From positions 162,151 to 226,150 of the forward strand of contig CAXYDO010000002.1 of NCBI GenBank assembly GCA_964276015.1: 64,000 bases of DNA. Reading direction: 5' to 3'. The position numbers were made by a program, and so were the translations under genes. The notes beneath the pieces were generated by a model, which saw only the letters and a program-made list of their open reading frames with translations, was not told the origin of the DNA and searched no databases. The DNA is from an uncultured Alphaproteobacteria bacterium (GTDB lineage: Bacteria; Pseudomonadota; Alphaproteobacteria; UBA6615). This document shows, piece after piece, positions 38,379 through 47,700 of this stretch. Within the stretch, counting starts at the first letter, position 1; each line of letters opens with the position of its first letter.

Positions 38379-39233
38379 TCAGACGAACTCCGTCCGGCCC
38401 CGCATCGCAAACATGCCCTCACCATTGGCGACCCAGACATCAACGGCATCATCGCCTTCGGGATCAACGTTCACGGTGAATGTTTCCGTGTCCATGACCG
38501 GCCGCATGCCGCGAAACTCAAAGCGCGACACAGACCGATCGGGCGCTGAACGCGCTGCCGCCCCCACCATCATGGTCGCGAGCAACGGTCCATGGACGAC
38601 AAGGTCGTCATAGCCTTCGACATCCCGAGCATAGTCGCGGTCGTAATGAATCCGATGGCCGTTGAAGGTCAGTGCTGAGTATCTGAACAGAAGCGTTGGA
38701 TCGGGGTCGAAGGCCTCGATCCACCTAGCCCCATCGGGAGCAGGCTCCCCGGGCCGGGCCGAAGCGCGCTTCCCCGTATCTTCGCGATAGACAATGTCAT
38801 GCTCATCGACGACCGCCAGACCATCCGAGCCGGACAGTTCATGTCGGACGGTGACAAATATCAGCTTGCCCGACCGACCGAATTTTTCCGCGACTTTCTC
38901 GATGGTCGAAACGCGGGTTGCGGGCTCACCCAGACGGAGTGCGCCGGGGAAAGTCACACGACTTCCCGCCCACATCCGACGCGACAGCCCAACCGGCGGC
39001 ATGAACCGGCCCAGCGCTGGGTGCCCGTCGCGCCCCAGTTCAGACCGCGGCGCGATATCCCAGAAATAGAGCCAATGCCAAAGCGTCGGCAGCGCGTCAC
39101 CATCCGAAAGACGATCGTCTGGCAAGTTCAACGCAGCCTGAAGCGCCACACAGCGTTCTGTCTGGATGACGTCATGCCGCTCCTCGGTTCGCCCGACCCA
39201 GGCTTGCAGATCTTGTCCACCTTCACCGACCAT
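38379..39233 (-). CDS. MaoC-like double hot-dog acyl dehydratase. It resembles (R)-specific enoyl-CoA / itaconyl- or mesaconyl-CoA hydratases.
   Basis: 284 aa. N-terminal hot-dog half followed by the C-terminal MaoC dehydratase half. Confidence 0.75.
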   Translation of the reverse strand: MVGEGGQDLQAWVGRTEERHDVIQTERCVALQAALNLPDDRLSDGDALPTLWHWLYFWDIAPRSELGRDGHPALGRFMPPVGLSRRMWAGSRVTFPGALRLGEPATRVSTIEKVAEKFGRSGKLIFVTVRHELSGSDGLAVVDEHDIVYREDTGKRASARPGEPAPDGARWIEAFDPDPTLLFRYSALTFNGHRIHYDRDYARDVEGYDDLVVHGPLLATMMVGAAARSAPDRSVSRFEFRGMRPVMDTETFTVNVDPEGDDAVDVWVANGEGMFAMRGRTEFV

Positions 39234-39253
39234 AGAAATGTCTCCTCAACCGG

Positions 39254-40390
39254 TCAGACTTCGAGCCGTTCCATCAGCTCGTCAGGCGAAATCGGCAATT
39301 CGATTTCCCGCTTTTCCTTGGCTGAGAGATCCATCGCCATGGTGAGCATCAAATTGCGATGCCCCTCGGCAGCTGTGGCGTGCGGCGTGGATTTCTTGTT
39401 GTAGATGCGCTGGAACCAGTTGTTGGTTTCCTCACGCATGGGACCCCAGAGTTCATCCGCATAGACATCTCCCGGCGGAAAACTTGTCAGGAAGTCGACA
39501 TGACGGACGGCTTCCAGATTCAGGCCCTCCGGGTTGTAGGCCGGGCCTTGCGGATTGTGGTCGGATGCAAGGATGATATCACGATGGGTATCTTCGATAT
39601 CGATCACACCTTCGGTGCCCACGATTCCGATCTCCAGACCGTAGACGGCGCCCGGCCAGACCTTCGGCAGAGCCCAGCAGATGTTCATGGAAAACATCCC
39701 GCCATCTTCCATCTGGAACAGACCAAAGGTGGCATCCTTCACGCCGAGGTCAGTGAGAATTTTCTCCGTTGAGCGCGCATAAACCGAAACAGGCTTAGCC
39801 GCGTCTCCCATCAGCCAGAGGGACATATCCAGACTGTGGGTACCCGAAACAACCATCGGCGAGAGAAACCGCCGATCCTGGGTCAGGCGGGTTTCCCCGG
39901 TCGGCGCCATCCGGTTCATAAACGCACGCACTGTCGCCGCCGTGAATTCACCAATCTGTCCGCTTTCGATGCGCTGCTTCACCACCAGGAACCGGCGACG
40001 GAAGCGCTGGGTATAGCCGACAACAGCATCAACACCCGCAGCTTCGATCGCGGCCAGGACCTGCGCCGATTCACGCGCATCCGTGGCTAGCGGTTTCTCG
40101 ATAAACAACATGTGGCCGTGCTCGATGGCCGAGAGTGTCGGTTCCACATGGGCCCAAGTTGAGGTGGCGATGATGACCGCGTCGACTTCCGGGCGTGCGA
40201 TCAGCTCACGAAAATCATTGGTGTAAAAATCAGCATCAATGTCATCTCGCAGCTGATGCCCAACCTTCTCGTTGACATCACTGAGACCGATCCAGCCGAT
40301 GCCTGGAAAGTCCTTTGCCAGGGTCGCGCGCATGCGCCCCACAACACCGCAACCGACGACGGCAAGACCCAACTGTTTCATCTCAGACAT
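39254..40390 (-). CDS. Gfo/Idh/MocA family oxidoreductase.
   Basis: 378 aa from the ATG at 40390 (MSEMKQLGLAVVGCGVVGRMRA...). The track start at 40402 is a GTG. RBS aggag. The EKP motif is present. Confidence 0.85.
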   Translation of the reverse strand: MSEMKQLGLAVVGCGVVGRMRATLAKDFPGIGWIGLSDVNEKVGHQLRDDIDADFYTNDFRELIARPEVDAVIIATSTWAHVEPTLSAIEHGHMLFIEKPLATDARESAQVLAAIEAAGVDAVVGYTQRFRRRFLVVKQRIESGQIGEFTAATVRAFMNRMAPTGETRLTQDRRFLSPMVVSGTHSLDMSLWLMGDAAKPVSVYARSTEKILTDLGVKDATFGLFQMEDGGMFSMNICWALPKVWPGAVYGLEIGIVGTEGVIDIEDTHRDIILASDHNPQGPAYNPEGLNLEAVRHVDFLTSFPPGDVYADELWGPMREETNNWFQRIYNKKSTPHATAAEGHRNLMLTMAMDLSAKEKREIELPISPDELMERLEV

Positions 40391-40442
40391 ATCTGTTCCC
40401 ACTCCTGTTATTTCTTATTTTGTGGTGTCGGACGGCGTTGTT

Positions 40443-41063
40443 TCAAAAGCTGCTTTGCCCGCCGTCACGTTCGAGGCTGTCGACCACGACCTTCGAGACA
40501 AATTCAATTAAAACACTGCGGTCTCCCGTCAGGGGCGTACAACTGAGCGTAGCCAGCCAGATCACCCTCCCGGTATCCTGATCGCGAAGCTCAGCCTTTG
40601 CATCCAGTTTCGCACCCAGCGAACTCTTCCCGCGGCGACTGCTTCCACCTTCCCGGATGGTGTCGCGCAGTTCCCTTACGCCAATACTTGTATCCGATTC
40701 ACGACTGCTTCGCGCCGTACCCTGGTTGCGATCAACACCACCGCGGGGGACCAGACCCAAAAACGCGGATTCGGATTCGAAACTGAATACCAGGCGGCCA
40801 TCGATATTGGTTTGATGCCCGTTGGCGCGCAGGGTTTTGAGGAATGCATCTCGGAATTCGAGAGATTCAGTCGTCTCGTCGAAGATATCAACCCAAAAGG
40901 TTTCCCTGTCAGGGATCGCATCCAGCGGAAAGGTCGATATCTGGCCCTCGCACACCGGCACATCAAAGCCTGGCACCGACTGGCGTTGCGCCAAAGCTGG
41001 CGACAGGGCGATTAATGAAAAGGCCAAAGAAAGCGCCACTAGGGCGAAAATCAGACGCGTCAC
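40443..41063 (-). CDS. Secreted hypothetical protein with a signal peptide.
   Basis: 206 aa. N-terminal MTRLIFALVALSLAFSLIALSPALA-QRQ signal sequence. No recognisable domain. Confidence 0.55.
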   Translation of the reverse strand: MTRLIFALVALSLAFSLIALSPALAQRQSVPGFDVPVCEGQISTFPLDAIPDRETFWVDIFDETTESLEFRDAFLKTLRANGHQTNIDGRLVFSFESESAFLGLVPRGGVDRNQGTARSSRESDTSIGVRELRDTIREGGSSRRGKSSLGAKLDAKAELRDQDTGRVIWLATLSCTPLTGDRSVLIEFVSKVVVDSLERDGGQSSF

Positions 41064-41146
41064 ACACCGTCCCCCGGTATTTTATGAGAGGTCACCCGCG
41101 CGCCCCCTGATCGTCAGTTTAGAGCATGCTACGCGGCAAACTAAAC

Positions 41147-42091
41147 CTAATCCAGAATTGTTGGATTGACTGTGGACGCCACCGGACTAGCAACCCGCGG
41201 CTTAATGCGAGTTTCCCGCCGGGCCAGCAGCGTGGTCCCAACAACGATCACTCCTGCACCAATCCAGGTCCAGAACTCGGGAAACTCCGAGAATACGAAA
41301 AATCCGATCAATGCGGCCCAAACCATGCGCGTGAACATCGCCGGTTCGACCAGGCTGATATCGGCCAGCTTATAGGCCTGCACAAACAACAGGTGTCCCA
41401 CTGTGCCGCTAATCCCGATCACCGCCATGATTCCCAGCTGATCCAGGGTCGGCGTTTGCCAAACAAACAAGGCCGGGATCAGGGTCAGAGGTGTCATCAA
41501 GATCGTTATATAGGCGACGATAGTGGCCGGCCCGTCCGTGCGCGTCAGAACTTTGGCCATCAATTTGGAGTTCGACACCGTAACGGCAGAGAACAATACC
41601 AACCAGACGCCGGAGCTGATCTCTGTAAATCCCGGGCGCACCACGATCAATCCACCGATTACGGCCAGCCCGATTCCAATCCAGCGCACCGGTCCAACAT
41701 GTTCTTTCAGGAACACCATCGCCAGAAGCGCCACAAAAACCGGTCCGATCAGGCTCACCGCCGTCGCATCAGCAACGGGCATGAGGCTGAGCGCCGTAAA
41801 CCAGGTGAGCATCGAAAACGAGTTCAGGACAGACCGCCCCATATGCCAATGAATTTTCGTCGTCCGCAGAACACCAAGCCCGGATCGTAAAAAGATCGGG
41901 ACAAACACCAGCATCCCGAGGAAGTTACGGAAAAATGCGACCTCAAACGGGTGAACATTCTCGACCTGGGTCACATAACGGATGGCGTTGTGCATGGTCG
42001 CGAAAAAAGCACTCGCCAACACGACGAGAAGCACCCCACGGACTCCCGCAGGAATCGTCTCCAAGCGCGCGTTGAAGGCAGCTAGCGACAT
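41147..42091 (-). CDS. DMT-superfamily (EamA-type) transporter.
   Basis: 314 aa, 10-TM, duplicated EamA halves. Confidence 0.85.
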   Translation of the reverse strand: MSLAAFNARLETIPAGVRGVLLVVLASAFFATMHNAIRYVTQVENVHPFEVAFFRNFLGMLVFVPIFLRSGLGVLRTTKIHWHMGRSVLNSFSMLTWFTALSLMPVADATAVSLIGPVFVALLAMVFLKEHVGPVRWIGIGLAVIGGLIVVRPGFTEISSGVWLVLFSAVTVSNSKLMAKVLTRTDGPATIVAYITILMTPLTLIPALFVWQTPTLDQLGIMAVIGISGTVGHLLFVQAYKLADISLVEPAMFTRMVWAALIGFFVFSEFPEFWTWIGAGVIVVGTTLLARRETRIKPRVASPVASTVNPTILD

Positions 42092-42115
42092 GCTGCGCGC
42101 GCCCGCGCTATCGGT

Positions 42116-44449
42116 TTATCCATGTATGGCGCGCCAGACCTTCTCGGGGGTCGCTGGCATATTGATATTGGTCACGCCATATTTGGAAAGCCCATCCACC
42201 ATTGCATTCATGATGGCCGGAAGCGCGCCGCTAACCCCCGCCTCACCAGCGCCCTTGGCGCCCAGAACATTGGTCTTCGCGGGGACCGGGTGGTCGAGGA
42301 ATTCGATATCGGGGATCTGATCGGCCCGTGGCAGGGCGTAATCCATGTAGGAACCGGTCACCAGCTGACCATCGGAATCGTAGACCACGTTCTCCATCAA
42401 CGCCTGGCCAATCCCCTGCACGACGCCGCCATGGACCTGGCCGCCGACAAGGAGCGGGTTGATAACGTTCCCGAAATCATCGACGACAGTGTATTTCACA
42501 ACTTGGGTTTCCCCGGTGTCAGGATTGATTTCGACCTCGCCGATATGAACACCGTTCGGGAAAGCTGACGGCGCCGTCTCGTGCACCAGATCTACGTCCA
42601 GCGAATCCGGCACACCACCAACACCACCGAGCTCACGCGCTTTCGCCGCAAGATCGAGCAGATTGATCGAACGATCAGTGCCCGAGATACGGAAATCACC
42701 ATCTGCGAATTCGATGTCCTCGACCGCGGCTTCGAGTAAATGACCGGCCACGGCCTTGCCCTTCTCGATCACTTCGGCGCCTGCTTCGTAGAACGCGCCA
42801 CCGGCCGCGATCACCGAACGCGAGCCGCCGGTTCCGCCACCAAAGAGTAATTCATCGGAATCGCCTTGCAGCAGGTCGATCTTGTCAAAGGCGATGCCCA
42901 GCCGTGCGCTGAGAATCTGCGCGAATGTCGAACGATGACCCTGTCCGTAATCGAGGGTACCGGAGACCATGGTTACCCGGCCGTCTTCGCCAAAGCGGAT
43001 GCCACCGTGTTCTTTGCCCGCCGGGGCGGTTACTTCGAGATAGGAGCACACACCGATGCCACGGCTCAGGCCACGGCCCTCGGAACTCGCTCTGCGGCGC
43101 TCGAAGCCGGCCCAGTCGCTGGCCGCGACGGCCTGGACGAGCATTTGTTCGAAATCACCACTGTCGATGACCTGACCGCTGGCGGCGGTAAAGGGAAAGG
43201 CCGAATTCGGGATCAGGTTACGACGACGAATCTGGATCGGATCGATATCCATCTCCCGCGCCGCAGCATCCACCAACCGCTCCATGATGTAGTTGCCCTC
43301 GGGCCGCCCCGCGCCGCGATAAGCGCCGACGTAAAGCTTGTTGGTGAACACGCACCGCATTTTCACGTCGATTGCCGGCGTGGTGTACATGCAAGGCAGA
43401 TTCTTGCCGATATTCACCGACTGGGCGAGCGGCCCGGTTCCGGTCAGGTAGCCCCCCATATCGGCAAGCCCTGTGACCCGTACGGCGAGAAACTTGCCGT
43501 CCTTGTCGAGGGCCAGTTCGGCCTCGAACTGACTGGCGCGCCCGTGATGGTCAGACAGGCAGCTTTCACTGCGATCGGCGTTCCACTTCACCGGACGGCC
43601 AAGCTGTTTGGCCGCCAGCATGATCACCGGATATTCGTGATATGGCATCGACTTCATGCCAAAGGATCCGCCCACATCGTCAGTGAGGACGTGAATTTTC
43701 TGCGGATCGATATTGAAAATCGCATTCGCCAGGATATTGCGCATCCCCATCACGCCCTGAGAGCAGACATGGAGAATGTAGCGGTCTTCTGCGCTGTCAA
43801 AATCCGCAACGGCAGCGCGGGGCTCCATCGCCGAGATGAAGCAGCGATTGTTGTCAAGATGTAGCCGGGTGACATGAGCTGCCTCTTCAAATGCCGTCGC
43901 GGTGGCTTCCGCGTCCCCCATCTGAAAATCGAGGCAGACATTGTTGGCGGCTTCTTCATGGACCTGGACCGCACCGCGACTGACGGCATCTTCGAGGGCC
44001 ATGACTGGCGGCAGAGGCGCAATTTCCAGTTCAACGAGCTCGGCAGCATCACGGGCCTGGGCGGCGGTCTCGGCAATAATGGCCACCACCGGTTCGCCCA
44101 CATGGCGGACCCGGCCCTTGGCCAGGATCGGCCGAACAGGCTTGATCAATGGGGAGCCGTCCCGGCTCTTCACCGGCAGATTATTGGGCAACGTTCCCAG
44201 ACCGGCCGCTTCCAGGTCATCAACCGTCAGTACAGCGACGACCCCCGGGGCATTTTTCGCCGCAGCAACATCGAGCGAAGTGATATCCCCATGGGCAATC
44301 GTGGAGCGCAGGAACACCGCGTGGGCCTGACCGTCGAGATTTTTGTCGTCGGTGTACAAGCCGTCGCCCCGCAACAGGCGCGGATCTTCGTTGCGAGTTA
44401 CCGGCTGACTGACTGCGTAAGGCCCGGTGCCAAAGATCACATCGTCCAC
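42116..44449 (-). CDS. Molybdopterin-binding large subunit of the xanthine dehydrogenase / aldehyde oxidase / CO-dehydrogenase family. It is a form-II CoxL-like protein with the AYRGAGR active-site loop.
   Basis: 777 aa. The sequence ...KLYVGAYRGAGRPEGNYIMERLVD... carries the form-II signature (AYRGAGR) and not the form-I signature (AYRCSFR). No small (2Fe-2S) or medium (FAD) subunit genes are present in the window. Confidence 0.9.
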   Translation of the reverse strand: MDDVIFGTGPYAVSQPVTRNEDPRLLRGDGLYTDDKNLDGQAHAVFLRSTIAHGDITSLDVAAAKNAPGVVAVLTVDDLEAAGLGTLPNNLPVKSRDGSPLIKPVRPILAKGRVRHVGEPVVAIIAETAAQARDAAELVELEIAPLPPVMALEDAVSRGAVQVHEEAANNVCLDFQMGDAEATATAFEEAAHVTRLHLDNNRCFISAMEPRAAVADFDSAEDRYILHVCSQGVMGMRNILANAIFNIDPQKIHVLTDDVGGSFGMKSMPYHEYPVIMLAAKQLGRPVKWNADRSESCLSDHHGRASQFEAELALDKDGKFLAVRVTGLADMGGYLTGTGPLAQSVNIGKNLPCMYTTPAIDVKMRCVFTNKLYVGAYRGAGRPEGNYIMERLVDAAAREMDIDPIQIRRRNLIPNSAFPFTAASGQVIDSGDFEQMLVQAVAASDWAGFERRRASSEGRGLSRGIGVCSYLEVTAPAGKEHGGIRFGEDGRVTMVSGTLDYGQGHRSTFAQILSARLGIAFDKIDLLQGDSDELLFGGGTGGSRSVIAAGGAFYEAGAEVIEKGKAVAGHLLEAAVEDIEFADGDFRISGTDRSINLLDLAAKARELGGVGGVPDSLDVDLVHETAPSAFPNGVHIGEVEINPDTGETQVVKYTVVDDFGNVINPLLVGGQVHGGVVQGIGQALMENVVYDSDGQLVTGSYMDYALPRADQIPDIEFLDHPVPAKTNVLGAKGAGEAGVSGALPAIMNAMVDGLSKYGVTNINMPATPEKVWRAIHG

Positions 44450-44579
44450 AACTCTTACTCCTCAAAAGGAACTGCAAATATTTGCGTGCTAACCCAGCAA
44501 CGGCAGACGGCGTCATACGTTCGACGCGCACCAAAGGACAAATATCCGACGGCGGACGGCACTCAAACCACGGAAGCTT

Positions 44580-45629
44580 TTACTCTGCAGCCTGCGCTTC
44601 GTCGCCTGCCCGGCCTGCAAAATGCGGCATGACCTCTTCGGCGAATTGCTGCAGGGCGTCGAACGAACCCGAGAGATCGTGCAACAGGATATTACGAACC
44701 CCGAGCTCGTAAAGCTTCTCCGTCCGCTCGATCATCTCTTCCGAAGAGCCAAGAATGGCCCCGGCTTCAGAGACATCGGTCGGGTGGCCCCGGTTCTTAT
44801 GACGTTCGGCCGGAACAAATGTCTTCGACTGGAATTTCGGATCCGTCGCCAGAGACTGTACTTCGGTCAGGAACTTCCCGCGCAGCACATGAGCTTCGGC
44901 GCGCTGATTGTCATTATTGGCGACCATCAGGCCGCGGGTGACGGCCACTCGGGCAGGATCGAATTCCACCCCCATCTGGTCGAGCTCATCGCGGTAAAAG
45001 CCCAGGGATTCACCGATCGTATCGAACGTCGGCACCTGCGCGAGCATCAGATTATTACCGTTACGCGCGGCACCACGGATGGAACCTTCGCTCGCAGCCC
45101 CTACCCACATGGGCGGGTAGGGCTGTTGCACCACGGGGGGCTCAACAATGATGTCGTTGAACTGATAGCGGTCTGATTTATAGGACCAGCGCTCGGTTTC
45201 CGTGAAGGATCGCTTCAGCAGTATGATCGATTCTTCGAAAATTTCCTGCGCATCACCCATTTCCAGGCCAAAACCATGGAACTCATTCGCCCGATAGCCG
45301 CGTCCGATCCCAAAATCGTAGCGTCCCTTGGACAGCTGATCGATGGTCGCGACCTGCTCGGCCAGCAAAATGGGGTTGTGCCAAGGCACCACAACCACGG
45401 CGCTGCCCAGGCGGATTTTCGTGGTAATCCCGGAAAGATAAGAAATGTAGTTGAGGGTCGCGGAAAGCTGGGAGAACCCGGTGAAATGGTGCTCCACCAG
45501 CCAGGCACTCGAGTACCCATGCTTTTCAGCGGCCTGAATGTATTCGCCAAATTCGTGATAGCCGAGTGCGGCCTCGGTTACGACCTCGCCGGGTACCGCC
45601 TGTGCACCCCCAAATAATCCAAACTTCAT
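44580..45629 (-). CDS. LLM-class (luciferase-like) flavin-dependent oxidoreductase.
   Basis: 349 aa from the internal ATG (MKFGLFGGAQAVPGEVVTEAALGYHEFGEY...) with RBS gggagag. The track start is a TTG five codons upstream. Confidence 0.9.
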   Translation of the reverse strand: MKFGLFGGAQAVPGEVVTEAALGYHEFGEYIQAAEKHGYSSAWLVEHHFTGFSQLSATLNYISYLSGITTKIRLGSAVVVVPWHNPILLAEQVATIDQLSKGRYDFGIGRGYRANEFHGFGLEMGDAQEIFEESIILLKRSFTETERWSYKSDRYQFNDIIVEPPVVQQPYPPMWVGAASEGSIRGAARNGNNLMLAQVPTFDTIGESLGFYRDELDQMGVEFDPARVAVTRGLMVANNDNQRAEAHVLRGKFLTEVQSLATDPKFQSKTFVPAERHKNRGHPTDVSEAGAILGSSEEMIERTEKLYELGVRNILLHDLSGSFDALQQFAEEVMPHFAGRAGDEAQAAE

Positions 45630-45651
45630 GGCACTCTCTCCCAATTATACG

Positions 45652-46689
45652 TTATTCGGCAGCCTGCACACGGTCGCTGTCATCGGTAAATTTCGGCATC
45701 ACCTCTTCGGCAAACTGCTGCAGCGCCTCAAATGATCCGGAAAGGTCGTGCAACAGGATCGTGTGCACCCCTTCGTCGCGCAGTCGTTCAACCCGTTCGC
45801 CCATCTCGTCTTTGTCGCCGAGCACAGCGCCATTGTTAGAAATCGCATCCGTGTCGTTCGATACGGCTACCGGGCTGAAGGTTTTCGGCCCCTTAGACTT
45901 GTCTGTAGCCAGAACTTGCACCTCGGAGATAAATTTGCCCCGCAGGATATGCGCATCAATGCGCTGATTGTCGTTATTGGCGACCATCAGCCCGCGAGTG
46001 ACGGCCACCCGATCCGGATTGTAGTCCTTGCCGAGTTTGTCGAGTTCATCCTGATAAATGCGAATTTTCTCGCCAATCGCCTCAAACGGAGACATTTGGT
46101 CCAACAGCAGGTTGTAATCTTTGCGGGCCACATCGCGGATCGAGCCTTCGCTGCCTGCCCCGACCCACATTGGTGGATAAGGTTTTTGTACAACCGGCGG
46201 CTCCACGATGATGTCGTTGAAGGTCCAGCGGTCAGATGTATAGGACCAGCGTTCGGTCTCCGTGAAGGAGCGCTTCAACAGCATCGTCGATTCTTCGAAG
46301 ATGTCCTGTGCTTCACCCATATCAAGGCCGAAGCCGTTAAATTCGTTGGCGCGATAGCCGCGACCGATGCCGAAATCATAGCGCCCCTTGGACAGCTGAT
46401 CGATCGTCGCGACCTGTTCGGCCAGCAGGATCGGATTGTGCCAGGGCACGACGACCACAGCGCTTCCAAGTCTTATTTTCGACGTAATGCCAGATAGATA
46501 GGAGATATAGCTAAGAGTTGCAGACAACTGCGAAAAGCCGGTGAAATGATGTTCAACCAGCCAGGCGCTCGAATAGCCGAGCTTCTCGGCCAGCTGGATA
46601 TACTCACCGTATTCATGATAGCCGAGCGCGGCCTCGGTCACTACATCGCCGGGTACCGCCTGCGCGCCGCCAAATAATCCAAACTTCAT
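45652..46689 (-). CDS. LLM-class flavin-dependent oxidoreductase, tandem paralogue.
   Basis: 345 aa, ~80% identical to the downstream copy, with long identical blocks such as WLVEHHFTGFSQLSATL.YISYLSGIT.KIRLGSAVVVVPWHNPILLAEQVATIDQLSKGRYDFGIGRGYRANEF. Confidence 0.9.
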   Translation of the reverse strand: MKFGLFGGAQAVPGDVVTEAALGYHEYGEYIQLAEKLGYSSAWLVEHHFTGFSQLSATLSYISYLSGITSKIRLGSAVVVVPWHNPILLAEQVATIDQLSKGRYDFGIGRGYRANEFNGFGLDMGEAQDIFEESTMLLKRSFTETERWSYTSDRWTFNDIIVEPPVVQKPYPPMWVGAGSEGSIRDVARKDYNLLLDQMSPFEAIGEKIRIYQDELDKLGKDYNPDRVAVTRGLMVANNDNQRIDAHILRGKFISEVQVLATDKSKGPKTFSPVAVSNDTDAISNNGAVLGDKDEMGERVERLRDEGVHTILLHDLSGSFEALQQFAEEVMPKFTDDSDRVQAAE

Positions 46690-46808
46690 TGTTCACCTGC
46701 CATAACGTTGTTCACGGGAGCCTGAAACACTTGCGACGGAAATCTATCAACTGGCGCAGCAAATGTCTTCGGGTGCGGGAAAAACGTTCGGATGGTGAGA
46801 CCGGGCGA

Positions 46809-47687
46809 TTATCGGCCGACGAAGCCAAAACTGAGCCCCCGCACCAGGTGTTTGCGGATCATCAGGCCAATGACAATCAACGGCAGCGTCGAACCCACAG
46901 ACAACGCGGCCTGAAACCCGTTAGCACCTGAATTTCCGGCCCAGCGATTGAGATGTACCGGCAAGGTTGTCACATCCGTCTTTGAGAGGATCAGGGCGAG
47001 AAAATACTCGCTCCAGTTCAAAATGAAGATGAACATGAAGGTCGCCGCGAGCCCGGGACGCAGGATCGGGAAAATGATCTCCCGAATCACCTGCCAGCGT
47101 CGCGCGCCGAGCATTTCTGCCGCATATTCCACGTCCCGCGGGATTTCATCGATGAAGCTTTTCATCACCAGCATCGCGTAAGGCAGCGTGGTGAGCGAAT
47201 AGAGCAGAAACAACCCGAAAACGGAGTCTTCGAGACCGATCGCGGAAAACCACAACAGTATCGGCCCGGCGATCACAAAAGGAGGAACCATCCGCAACAT
47301 CAGGAAGTACAGCAGCTGCGTGTCGGTCAGGATGCGGTAGCGCGATGCGCCATAAGCAATGATGGTGCCGAGGACCGTCGCCACGGTAGAGGCCACAAGC
47401 GCGATCATGAAGGTATTGATCAGGGCTTCGCGGGGGCCAATGACACCGGCAAGCCCTGCACTTGCGGTGCCGGTAGCCAGATCGTTGACCCAGACCTGCA
47501 CATAGTTGAACAGGGTCAGGTTTTCCGGCCAGTAAGTGGGTGGCCAGACATTCCACTCGGCAGGCCCCTTGAACGAGGTCAACACGATCCAGTAGAGCGG
47601 GAACACGACAATAACCAGCCAGACGCATAACACTGCATGCCGGGCCACGTTGAAGACCCGCCGTTTCCGCCGTAGCGAAACGATCAC
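46809..47687 (-). CDS. ABC transporter permease (MalG/carbohydrate-type binding-protein-dependent inner-membrane component).
   Basis: 292 aa, 6 TM, with the EAA-loop region (...EIPRDVEYAAEMLGARRWQVIREIIFP...). No cognate SBP, second permease or ATPase gene is in the window. Confidence 0.85.
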   Translation of the reverse strand: MIVSLRRKRRVFNVARHAVLCVWLVIVVFPLYWIVLTSFKGPAEWNVWPPTYWPENLTLFNYVQVWVNDLATGTASAGLAGVIGPREALINTFMIALVASTVATVLGTIIAYGASRYRILTDTQLLYFLMLRMVPPFVIAGPILLWFSAIGLEDSVFGLFLLYSLTTLPYAMLVMKSFIDEIPRDVEYAAEMLGARRWQVIREIIFPILRPGLAATFMFIFILNWSEYFLALILSKTDVTTLPVHLNRWAGNSGANGFQAALSVGSTLPLIVIGLMIRKHLVRGLSFGFVGR

Positions 47688-47700
47688 GCCTTCAGACGGA

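Noticed and set aside
44580-46689. Possibility that the two LLM genes are a misassembled single-copy gene.
   Set aside because: The copies differ at many positions throughout (about 80% identity) and have distinct flanks and intergenic sequence, so they are genuine tandem paralogues.
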